Below, piece by piece: positions 21,301 to 28,987 of a DNA stretch of 64,000 bases. Source of the DNA: an uncultured Candidatus Rokubacteria bacterium (lineage in GTDB: Bacteria; Methylomirabilota; Methylomirabilia; Rokubacteriales; CSP1-6); the NCBI GenBank assembly GCA_963754315.1, contig CAVWFS010000009.1, positions 32,001-96,000 of the forward strand, written 5' to 3'. Both the position numbers and the translations under genes were made by a program. A model generated the notes under the pieces. That model saw only the letters and a list, made by a program, of their open reading frames with translations, was not told where the DNA came from and did not search any database. Each line of letters starts with the position of its first letter. Within the stretch, counting starts at the first letter, position 1.

Positions 21301-21637
21301 CAGGATAGTAGCCGGCGTCCTCGAACGCCTCCCACGCGACCTCCAGGAACAGGCGATGCTGAGGATCCATGATCGCCGCTTCCCGCGGGGAGTAGCCGAA
21401 GAAGGGCGCGTCGAATGTTTCCACGTCGCGCAGAATGGGTCCGGCCTTGACGTAGTGCGGATTCAGGAGCGCCGAAGGCTCCACACCCGCCGCCAGCAAT
21501 TCCGCGTCTGAGAAGAAGGTGATCGATTCGACCCCGCCGCAGAGATTGCCCCAGAAGGCGGCCACGGTGTCGGCGCCGGGGAACCGGCACGCCATGCCGA
21601 TGATGGCAATCCCGCGATCAGTCGTCGATCTCGTCAT
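15347..21637 (-). CDS. Type I polyketide synthase 1 (KS-AT-DH-KR-ACP-TE)
   Basis: KS NDKD, VQTACSTS, ECHATGT, KTNIGHPEQ; AT GHSVG and HAFH (malonyl-type); DH HPLLG, DHRIHGQRVLP; KR GGLGMLG, HGAGVLDD, QANY; ACP LGLDSL; TE FCFHYAGG, FFGHCLG, TAHF. Confidence 0.97.
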   Translation of the reverse strand: MTRSTTDRGIAIIGMACRFPGADTVAAFWGNLCGGVESITFFSDAELLAAGVEPSALLNPHYVKAGPILRDVETFDAPFFGYSPREAAIMDPQHRLFLEVAWEAFEDAGYYPDAYDGPIGVFAGGGGVVTSYLMAQQASPGFPGQTAGLPHLGNDKDFLSTRVSYKLNLTGPSVTVQTACSTSLVAVHLACQSLLAGESDMVLAGGVTVRIPQVCGYLAEKGNVYSTDGHCRAFDAAGQGTVFGSGVGAVLLKDLARALADGDHVYAVIRGTAINNDGGMKASYSAPSVTGQVGAMVEALRVAGVSPESIRYIECHATGTAVGDPLEIQALSQAFALRTFSPRFCALGSVKTNIGHPEQAAGMAGLIKSALVLQHGLIPPSLHFAVPNPKIDFDHGPFYVNTALSPWPTSEGPRRAAVNSLGIGGTNAFAVLEEPPSVASPEPDSLPLQMFTLSAKSGPALTAYVDRFRTFLEATPPASLADLCYTTNVSRSYFPHRLAVVAGSTQDLVAQLSASGPSAHRPVDVRRAGKKPAVAFLFSGQGSQYPGMSAELYRTLPQFQRSLDECAAIVRPYLDRPLLEVLFPRSDDTAALLHETAYTQPALFALEYALAQVWQAWGIVPGAVMGHSVGELVAACVAGVFGLDEGLRLVVERARLMQSLPRCGSMVVVFASETVVGDVVGAHATRISIAAINGPGNTVISGERGALAEAVAALRARNISTATLTVSHAFHSPLMDPILDRLEAAARAIPHREPAIPLISNLTGVAVAGAPTPEYWRHHARGAVRFADGLRTLHAQGFDVFLEVGPGSGLLAMGRQCLPATEISWVSSLNKQKPEWETMLEGLKTLYLDGVPIRWTRVHEGVSRRRVTLPTYPFQRKRYWLDGASRERVDGQTRAPRAHPLLGAPTGSGSSEIRFEALYGEEQLPYLRDHRIHGQRVLPTAAVLEAALAAGRGYFGGGSAQLEDLTYHQALILPDDGARSVRVVMTPAGERRATFELLSRGAKEDGEWQTYLSGIVCGENAAARPTTPFDAEGTLAQCHREIPSEGYYRAVAELGLQYGASFRGIQRLWQGQAAAVARIRLPAEASSPGPYGLHPAFLDACLHLYPAALGEYGEGAPASEGTYLPVGVERFRVYREGVTEGWAHATVRNHRAPHQPLVVDINVYGTDSEIVATLAGLSLRRLPREAVAAIDDDAALTEWLYELSWEERPASPARRSALASWLIFADRGGVGAALAEQLESRGDWCHLVYAKTMDMGPARSAIDPMRPEEFRRLLQEVSAWEGLPYRRVLYLWGLDIPSSAEMFPDSLVQAEELGCAAPLFLAQALAAVKSASTFAPRLWFVTRNAQPTASSSVPPEPAHASLWGLGRTVALEYPSMWGGVIDLPPTHLPSPREDAEALVSELFRGDGEGEVCLRNGTRFVARLRRHQRKAARASVRFRRDSTYLITGGLGMLGLRVAQWLVERHDVRSLVLVSRHAAEGRARNAVESLRTRGVDVRVMTADVSVEADVRRLLGEVCRQGLPLRGVIHGAGVLDDGIVGQLEWSKFARVVAPKIRGSWFLHHYTRDLQLDFFILNSSLLSLTGSAAQANYTAGNAFLDTLGAYRRGLGLPATVVNWGPWADEGMAAATGSRGAAIWRARGTRPIPPDDGLRVLEHVISQGLDQVAVTITDWAMYLKQFSEPPPLYAELAREVGAAHRAKRAVPEGDVQARLRTAPASEHRALLLEFVQAQVADELGFTEDIDPQQPLNELGLDSLMSVNVANRLEQGLGMAVAVATLMRGPSVVELVDELLVRLPRPTEDPPAPMPTSVGHNGSRAGAVSLVEAGGWLVFPRPNPSARRRLFCFHYAGGGAGTFRPWADALDATIELVAIEPPGRGGRAGEPLIESLDVFVGRLIPAMSPYLDKPFAFFGHCLGALLLFETARALLARGPLRLEHVFVSGARPPHLLQREGPFERDLLTTLVRHPQFDPFRPGHEQPDPVFADIIRHFDIDATDGFLGNPELRALLLPAVRADFAMAASYRFTATPAWDVPLTCFVGHGDPYVTQEDAVQWGHYTRVSFQAWIRNTAHFLIVDDRPFILDTINASLSNTLARAGRGT

Positions 21638-21650
21638 GCCCTCCTGGGGC

Positions 21651-22001
21651 TTACCTCGGTCGCTTGGGGTCTACCGACCTGAGCACGCCGTCGAGAGTCT
21701 CGAGGCAGCCGCGAACGAGATCAGACTGCCACTCGATCCACTGCTTGCCAAACTCTTCCTGAGACTTGCTGAAATCGAGATACGCCTCCAAGAGAACCTT
21801 CCCGCGGCCCTTGGCCTCTTCGTCCCACCGCTCGCGCCACTGCGGGTCCTTCAGAGCGTCCTGATAGGCTTTGAGCATCGCGCGCTGCCAGGCGAGGACA
21901 GGCAGCACGAACAGCGCGGAGAAGAAGGGCAAGGTAAACGGCAGGGTCGACCCCAGGCGAGACGCATCATCGCCGGCTTTGCTTGACGTTGGATCGGACA
22001 T
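21651..22001 (-). CDS. Small alpha-helical hypothetical protein A (paralog of 7703..8041)
   Basis: 116-aa ORF with AGGGAG RBS, filling the gap between cyclase copy A and PKS1. Confidence 0.75.
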   Translation of the reverse strand: MSDPTSSKAGDDASRLGSTLPFTLPFFSALFVLPVLAWQRAMLKAYQDALKDPQWRERWDEEAKGRGKVLLEAYLDFSKSQEEFGKQWIEWQSDLVRGCLETLDGVLRSVDPKRPR

Positions 22002-22015
22002 GACTCGTCGCTCCC

Positions 22016-25000
22016 TCAGCGTATTCCTTCGGCGCGTTCACGATCCCAGACCATCCCCATCTCTCGAAACATTGCGACGGCCCTCGCCTGCATCTCGTGC
22101 GCCCTGTCGGCCTTGCCCATCGCCATCAGGAGCTTCACGTAGACCACCAGGCTGCGGGCCAGTTCTGGCTTCTCACCGTTCTCCTCCTGGATCTTGATGG
22201 CCTCCAGGAGTCGTCGTCTCGGCTCCGCTCAGGTCAGGCGGATCTTGCCGGAACAGGGTCCCGGCCCAGGCGCGCCGAGCCAGGGCATTGCCGTGCCGTT
22301 CGCCGGATTCCTCGGCGAGGCAGACAACCTCCTGAGCCAGGCGGCAGGCCGCCTCGATCTCACCGAGCTCGAGGAGGCACTCGGCCAGAAAGGCCTTCGG
22401 GCGGCTCAAGAACAACGTCGTCCCGAGCTGCGCGGCGATGGCGATGCACTCCTCGAGGATTTGTCGGCCCCGCGGGGCATCTCCCGCCATGGTGTGGGCC
22501 CGCCCTTCGTAGACTTTCAGGGTGTAGATGCGGAAGCGATCGCCCGCTTCCTCGGCAATACGTCGTCCCTCCCGAAAGTCGTCGATGGCCGCCGCCCATT
22601 CGCCCCGATTGGATCGCACGTGTCCGCGGAAATAGTGGACCGCGGCCTGGCGCAAACGGGTTTTGGATCTCCGTGGCCAGTTGTACGCCCTGATCGGCGC
22701 GCTGCACGGCCCGGGTCAGCTCCCCGGCGTCGCCCAGCGCCATCCCTGCAAAGCCGGCGGTGGTGGCCGCATCGGTCAGGTTCCCCAACCGGAGCATGTG
22801 CTCCGTGCTTCGCTCGAGCAGGGTGATGGCTTGCCGGAGCGCCCCCTGCTGCCAGTACAGGCGACCCAACAGGTTCACGGGAGGCGCCGTGAGGGCGTCA
22901 TCGGCCAGGTCCTCGGCGATCTTGAGGCTCTGCTCGGCGTATTCGATGGCCGTGCGCGTGTTTCCGACGACGTATTCGACGCGGCCCATCCAATAGAACA
23001 CCCGGGCCAGGCGGGGCTGATCGGCGAGCTGTTCGGCCAGCGCCCGGGCCGCCACCATGTTCTTCCGGCTGCGCTCGATGTCCTGGCGGGTGGTGCCGAC
23101 CTGAGCGTGCTTGATGCAGGCGTCGATCTCGGCCCGTTGCCGCTCGGGGGAGGCGGTCAAGGCCCGCGTCAGCTCGAGGGCCTGCTCGTAATAGCTGGCG
23201 GCCTCGGCGTTGGCATAGACGCGCGCGGCTCGGTCCCCGGCCAGGAGGGCATACTTGATCGCGTGGTCCTGATGATCACTGCGGGAATAGTGATAGGCGA
23301 GCACGACCGACTGCTCCTCGAGCTGGTCAGCGCAGAGCTCCTCGATGCTCTGGCCCACGATGCCGTGCAAGGTCTGCCGCCGCGGCACCAGGAGGCTCTT
23401 GTAAATGACGTCCTGGATGATGGCGTGCTTGAATCGGTATTCCAGCTGGGGGAAGAACCGCGACTCGTGAATGACGTCCAGGCGCTTGAGCGCTTCCAGA
23501 TGGCCGGCGATCTCGGCGGGCTCGCTCGATACCCGGGCGAGCAGACGGAACTCGAATTCGCGCCCGATGACGGCGGCCATGCGCAGCGTGTCCTTCACGG
23601 GGTCTTCCAGGCGGTCGACCCGTGCCCGGATGATGTCCTGGATGGTGGCGGGCCACTCGAGGGCGGCTTCGCTACCTAACCGCAAGTGGCCGTTCTCGCG
23701 GATGAGGAGACTGCGCTCCAGCAAGGTCTGCGTGAGCTCCTCGATGAACAACGGATTGCCGTCCGCCTTGTCGCGGATGAACTGCAGGAACCCCGCCGGG
23801 AATTCATGGCCACCGAGCAGCGCGGCGAGCATGTCCTCGATCTCGGTTCGGGCCAGCCCATCGAGCGAAATCTGGGTGTAATGCGGCTTGTCCGGCCACC
23901 GCACCGTGTATCCCGTACGGTGGGTGGTCAGAATGAGGACGGGCAGGCCAGAGAGGCTGCCGGCCAGAAAGTTCAGGAGGTCTTCCGAGCTCTGATCGAT
24001 CCAGTGTAGGTTTTCGCAGACGAGCACTTGCGGTCGATGGCGGCTGGCCGCCGCGATGACGGCACGGATGGCCTCCAAGGTTTGTTGGCGACGGTGCTGC
24101 CGATCGAGATAACGCAGGGCTTCGTCGGCCCCCGGCAGGGCAAAGAGCGCTTCGAGGAACGGCAGCAGCGGGGAGAGGCCCGCGTCCAGACGCTGGAGCC
24201 CGTTGCGCAGCTTTTCCTGGGTTTGAAGCGGATTATCACCCTCTTCGATGTGAAACTGCGCGCGGAGGATGTCGAGGACCGGCCCGTAGGGAACCGTCCG
24301 GCCATACGCCACGCAGTGGCCTTCGAGCCAGTCGACCCGCTCGTCACCGAGCGAAGCGTGAAGCTCGTAGAGGATGCGGGACTTGCCCACCCCCGGCTCA
24401 CCGAAGACACCCACCACCTGTCCGTGGCCCGCCTCCACGCGCAGGAGGCAATCGTGCAGCAGGGCAAGCTCGCGCCGGCGGCCGACCAGCCGCGTCAGGC
24501 CGCGGGCCGCGCTCATCTCGAGCCGGTTCCGCCAGCGCCGCCGCCCGGTGACCCGATAGACGGCGACCGGCTCGCGATGTCCCCGGACGTCGACCCGTCC
24601 CAACGACTCGCAGAGGACGTACCCCTCGACGTGCCGATGGGTCGCCTCGGCCATGAGGATCGCGCCTGGTTCGGCTTCGGTCTGCATGCGAGCCGCGATA
24701 TACGTGGTGTTGCTCACTGCCGTGTAGTCCATGCGGAGGTCGTCGCCGATGCGACCGACGACGACCGGGCCCGTATTGATCCCGATACGCAAGCGGAGCT
24801 CCACCCCGTGCTCGCCCCGGAACTGGGTGCTGTAGCCGCGGATGGTCTCCTGGATGGCGAGGGCCGCCTGCACGGCTCGGAGCGGATGATCTTCCAGCGC
24901 CAGCGGCGCGCCAAAGAGCGCCATCAACCCATCGCCGAGGTACTGGTTCACGGTTCCCTCGTAGCGGTGGACCGCCTCCGACACCAGCTCTAACACCTCT

Positions 25001-25454
25001 CCGATCAGCTGGCGCAAGCGTTCGGGATCCACCCGCTGGGCGAGAGCCGAGGAGTCGGCGATGTCGGCGAAGAGGACCGTGACGAGCTTGCGCTCCCCCT
25101 CGAGCGTGCTGCGCCTGGTGAGGATTCTCTCGACGAGATGGGCCGGTGTGTACGCGTGACGAGCGGCGACCGAGGTATCGGAGGCGGTGACCACCCCGGT
25201 CGCCCGCGGGCGGTCGTCGACTGGCGCGACCTGCGTCCGCCGCCCGCGTCGGCGCGGCCGCCTTTGGTGCCGAGAGCCGAGCCGCAGCTGCTGCAGAACT
25301 TCGCGCCTCCACTCATGGAGGCTCCGCAGGCATCGCAAGCCAGCCGCGCGGCTCCGCACTGATCGCAAAACTTGGCAGCGGCAGGATAGGCATGTCCGCA
25401 GCGGGGACACTGTGCATCGGCTACCTTGTCCCGGCTGGCCATATGCTCACCCAT
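22016..25454 (-). CDS. Double zinc ribbon + class III cyclase + STAND ATPase + TPR protein, copy A; several frameshifts (~25240, ~22650, ~22215-22080)
   Basis: N-terminus MGEHMASRDK..CPRCGH (ORF 25005..25454), core in ORF 22360..25410, TPR pieces in 22173..22655, final ...MFREMGMVWDRERAEGIR* ending at 22016; colinear with copy B. Confidence 0.9.
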
Positions 25455-26247
25455 GAGGTGTGGTCACCCCGACTTTAGGTGGTGTGTCAAATAGTGTCAA
25501 GGCGGTCGGCGGCCACTCACCGAGCGTCGTGACCGCGCCCACTCGCCCCTCGACGACAAGCGCCCCACAATAGCCTGCTGCGGGATCCAGCGCATGAACG
25601 CGCCAATAACGAGGAACACCCGCCGCGTCGGAAAGACACAGTGGCCGACCTTCGGCGAGGCTGACGTCAACCTCAGGTAGACCTCGACCGAGTCCGACAC
25701 CACACGCCTTGAGGCATGCCTCTTTGAGGGTCCAGTACCGGTAGAAGGTGACCAGCCGCGCAGGCCGCGGAACCCGCTCGAAGGCCAGGCGTTCTGCCGG
25801 TGCGAAGGATCGCGCCACGATACTCTCAATCTCGTCGACCGGCCGGACGCGCTCAAGATCGACGCCGAGCTCGCGTTGCCGGCTGACCGCCACCATCGCG
25901 AGCTCGTCGGAGTGAGACATGTTGAAGCGAATGCGGCCACGGGCCCGTGCGGCATTGAGATAGGGCTTCCCGTAGGGCCCCTGGGCAAAGGTCAGCTCAC
26001 CTGGCCGCCGCCTGAGGTAGCTGCCGAGGATCGCCCTCAGGGTTGTCCGGCAGACCACGAAGCGCCGCCGAAGCGCCGGGAATGCGAAGCGCCCTGCGTG
26101 CGCGACCTCGTCGGCGGAGAGCCACTCCGGGCGCAGACGGTCTCGCCAGTCGGCAATGTCCAGACGGAAGGTCCAGACGTGGATCGCGTCAGGGAGGATA
26201 TGCGGCACCGTCACCGGAGTGTAGGGGAGGGAGGACTTCGTCACCAT
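25447..26247 (-). CDS. sfp: Sfp-type 4'-phosphopantetheinyl transferase
   Basis: GPYGKPYL, FNMSHS, LGVDLE, WTLKEACLKACGVGL. Confidence 0.95.
   Translation of the reverse strand: MVTKSSLPYTPVTVPHILPDAIHVWTFRLDIADWRDRLRPEWLSADEVAHAGRFAFPALRRRFVVCRTTLRAILGSYLRRRPGELTFAQGPYGKPYLNAARARGRIRFNMSHSDELAMVAVSRQRELGVDLERVRPVDEIESIVARSFAPAERLAFERVPRPARLVTFYRYWTLKEACLKACGVGLGRGLPEVDVSLAEGRPLCLSDAAGVPRYWRVHALDPAAGYCGALVVEGRVGAVTTLGEWPPTALTLFDTPPKVGVTTPHG
25472..25500 (-). promoter_or_regulatory. sigma70-type promoter for cyclase copy A, inside the 3' end of the PPTase gene
   Basis: Minus strand TTGACA-17 nt-TAAAGT; flanks homologous to the 14074..14102 promoter. Confidence 0.7.
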
Positions 26248-26436
26248 GATCGCATCACCCCTTACACCTCGCGGGCTTCGCAATTGTCCCGCCAAGCGTG
26301 GGAGGCGGCTTTTTCACCCCTTGGGGCGCAGGCCATCCCTGGTGGCGGCGAGCGGACGGGCATTGTGCCAAAGCGGGTTCGGGCGGAACGCCCGCCTGGT
26401 CCTACCGGAAGGCAGCGGGTTGGAAGTACCCTGGTT

Positions 26437-26673
26437 CTATTGCTGTGTTGACTCGGATCTAGAGGTGTCGACAACCGCCTGGCTAGTGGCTCGCACGATC
26501 CGCTCAAGCCACCCGGTCAGCTCGTCGATGCGCCCGTTCCCACAGCGTGGGCACACCGAGAAGCCCTGCTCGAGCACGACCTCGCAGGAGGCACAAATCC
26601 GAGCGCGCCGCAGCGGGATGGGGCAAATGCCGTTGACGACCGGTTCTCCCAGGAGGTCGTACACCATGGGCAT
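26437..26673 (-). CDS. Small zinc-ribbon-like hypothetical protein
   Basis: CASC-x10-CPRC; GGGGGGA purine-rich RBS upstream. Confidence 0.5.
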   Translation of the reverse strand: MPMVYDLLGEPVVNGICPIPLRRARICASCEVVLEQGFSVCPRCGNGRIDELTGWLERIVRATSQAVVDTSRSESTQQ

Positions 26674-26793
26674 GGCTGTTCCCCCCCGTCTGTGTTCGCG
26701 CGATTATGTCAGTCGACCCAGCCAATTTCAACGTGAAACACCAGCCGAGGGCGCCGGCAAAGACCGCGAGGCCTTGACGGGCCGTGGACAGCC

Positions 26794-27162
26794 TCAGATG
26801 CTCGTCGCCACCAGCTGGGGCCACCAGTCCTGGTGGGCGGAGGCCTCAGCCCGGAGGAAGCGAAACCCGGCGCCGCGGGCGACGACGTCATCCAGCTCGG
26901 TGTCTCCGATATGGTAGTAGGCCTCGGCCGCGAAGAGAGCCTTGACCTCCGCCAGCCGGTGCTTCAAGGCGGTGAAATCGACGGCGATTTCCAGCCGCTC
27001 CCACAGCTGCCGCTGGTATCCGAGGGTTCGATCTGAGCAGCTCCCGATCAGGTACCCCCGCTCCTTGGCCTGTCTCACCATGGCCACCGTGATGATGCCG
27101 GGCGGTTCGCCGACCTCCAGGGTTCCATCGATATCGAAGCTGACGAGCGCGATGCGGTTCAC
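26794..27162 (-). CDS. Small HAD-family hydrolase
   Basis: SFDIDGTL, GSCSD, HIGDTELD; GTG overlaps the upstream TGA. Confidence 0.85.
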   Translation of the reverse strand: MNRIALVSFDIDGTLEVGEPPGIITVAMVRQAKERGYLIGSCSDRTLGYQRQLWERLEIAVDFTALKHRLAEVKALFAAEAYYHIGDTELDDVVARGAGFRFLRAEASAHQDWWPQLVATSI

Positions 27163-28334
27163 AACCTGGCCTCGTCGATCTTCAATCCCAGCCAGTGGCG
27201 CCCGACCAGCTCGTAGTGAGCCAGACGAGACTGCAGGTGCTGACTGATCACGTGAATGTCCTGGAAGTAGCGCTGCAGCGGGTTTTCCTCGTAGACCGCA
27301 GTGGCGCCGGCGGCGTTGTAGACGATATCGACCACCTGAACGGCCAGCCGGATGGCGTGGGTCGTCGCGATGCGCAAGGCCGCCCGCTGGTCGAGGCTGA
27401 TGGTGTTGGTCGCGCTCACGTCGGCCCACACCTCACGCACGGTTTCGGTCAGGAGGGCCCGCCCCGATCGGATATGGGCCTCGGCGTGGCCCACGTCGGC
27501 CTGGACCATCGCCTGATCGCGGAGCAATCCGGGCAGGGCCCGTGGTTGCTTCGCGCCGGCGAGCTCGAAGAACGTGGCCAGGCAGGTGCGGGCCATACCG
27601 AGGGCCACCGAGGCGTCGCCGGAGGCGAAGACCAGGGTTCGGGGGATTTGATAGAGCGGTCCGAGGTTGGGCTGCGCTATCGAGACCGACGGGACGCTGA
27701 GCTCGCCGGGCACGAAGACATCGTTCACGGCGAAATGGTGCGTCCCCGTGCCGCGCATCCCACGCACCTGCCACGTATCGAGCAGCTCGGCCTGGGCGAC
27801 CGGCACGAACAGGTAGCGAGTCTCGGGCTGCCCGTTCGCGAGGAGCCGAGTCTGGCCATTGTCGATGATCTGGGCGTGGGCGGCGACCCAGGAGGCATGG
27901 CGGCAGCCCGTGCTGAAGCCTTGTCGACCGGTGACCCGGTACCCGCCCGGCACCACGATGGCCTGAGCAGTGGCGGCCGGGGTATTGGAGACGACGCTGC
28001 GCGGGGTGTCGATCCAGATGGTACGCGCGGCGGCAACGGGCATCCGCGCGCCATAGGTGGCGAAGATGGCGCCTTGATTGATGGTCCAGGCGGTGCTGGC
28101 GTCGGCCTTGCCGATTTCCTCGATCACCTGGATGTAGGTCGGCAGATCCAGCTCGGGACATCCCAAGGTGCGGGGGAGGGCGAGATGAAACAGCCCAGCA
28201 TCGGCCAAGGCCTCGAACAGTGGCCGCGGCAACTCACGGGCCTCCTCGATCGCTTCGGCACAGGCCCTGATCTGGGGCGCCAGCTTGCGGGCCGCCTCGA
28301 GCGGCGAGGGGCTCTCGATCTCGCGCGCGCTCAT
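27159..28334 (-). CDS. Acyl-CoA dehydrogenase-fold flavin-dependent hydroxylase (HsaA-like)
   Basis: GKADASTAW, GFSTGC, DTWQVRGMRGTGTH, PLQRYFQDIH. Confidence 0.88.
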   Translation of the reverse strand: MSAREIESPSPLEAARKLAPQIRACAEAIEEARELPRPLFEALADAGLFHLALPRTLGCPELDLPTYIQVIEEIGKADASTAWTINQGAIFATYGARMPVAAARTIWIDTPRSVVSNTPAATAQAIVVPGGYRVTGRQGFSTGCRHASWVAAHAQIIDNGQTRLLANGQPETRYLFVPVAQAELLDTWQVRGMRGTGTHHFAVNDVFVPGELSVPSVSIAQPNLGPLYQIPRTLVFASGDASVALGMARTCLATFFELAGAKQPRALPGLLRDQAMVQADVGHAEAHIRSGRALLTETVREVWADVSATNTISLDQRAALRIATTHAIRLAVQVVDIVYNAAGATAVYEENPLQRYFQDIHVISQHLQSRLAHYELVGRHWLGLKIDEARL

Positions 28335-28846
28335 CTGAGGGGCCGCGGGCTCAGGTGACCGCAGCTCACGCAGGTCCGGTTCGCCTCGGAGCCGTAGAAC
28401 TCCTCGTACACTCGCGAGACGGGGTCGGCGGTGTAGTCGGTCACGTGCTTCACGCTCTGGTAGAGGGTGCCCCCGCATTGCTCGCAGAACCATGTGAAGG
28501 TGTCGCGCTCATCGGGGCGGCGCTTGCGCTCCAGCACCAGCACGAATGCATCCGGGGCGAAGCGCGGCGAGTGCGGGACACCCGCCGGGCAATGAATGAT
28601 CTCACCTTCGCGGATGACGGCCACCTTCTCCTCGCCCTGAGGTGTCCGATAGTGCAGCCGCATGTCGCCCTTGATCATGTACATCACCTCGTCGACGGGA
28701 TCGGAGTGGAACTCGCTCCGATGCTCGCGGCCCCGGGCGACGAAGGCCAGGGTGTCGTCGGCCTGCCAGAGGATGCGGACGGGCTTGGTGGACGCGCGAA
28801 TGCCTTCCGTGATCTGGCCGAGGTTCACTGCTGTCAGATCGCTCAT
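28331..28846 (-). CDS. 3-hydroxyanthranilate 3,4-dioxygenase-like cupin
   Basis: FHSDPVDE, GVPHSPR, rubredoxin-like CEQC...CVSC. Confidence 0.85.
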   Translation of the reverse strand: MSDLTAVNLGQITEGIRASTKPVRILWQADDTLAFVARGREHRSEFHSDPVDEVMYMIKGDMRLHYRTPQGEEKVAVIREGEIIHCPAGVPHSPRFAPDAFVLVLERKRRPDERDTFTWFCEQCGGTLYQSVKHVTDYTADPVSRVYEEFYGSEANRTCVSCGHLSPRPLR

Positions 28847-28987
28847 CTGTCCCTCTCCCGCGGGCTAGCACACCCGAATCCTCGTCATGATACCCGCAAC
28901 GAACGTCTGGCCGTCAGCGGACCGCCTGCAGTAGGATGGATGGATCGCGGCCGACAGCCTCTCACCTCCCGCGACAAGGAGTGGACG

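Noticed and set aside
26350..26372. Possible sigma54 promoter (TTGGCAC on the minus strand) upstream of the PPTase
   Set aside because: The -12 TTGC element is absent at the required spacing.
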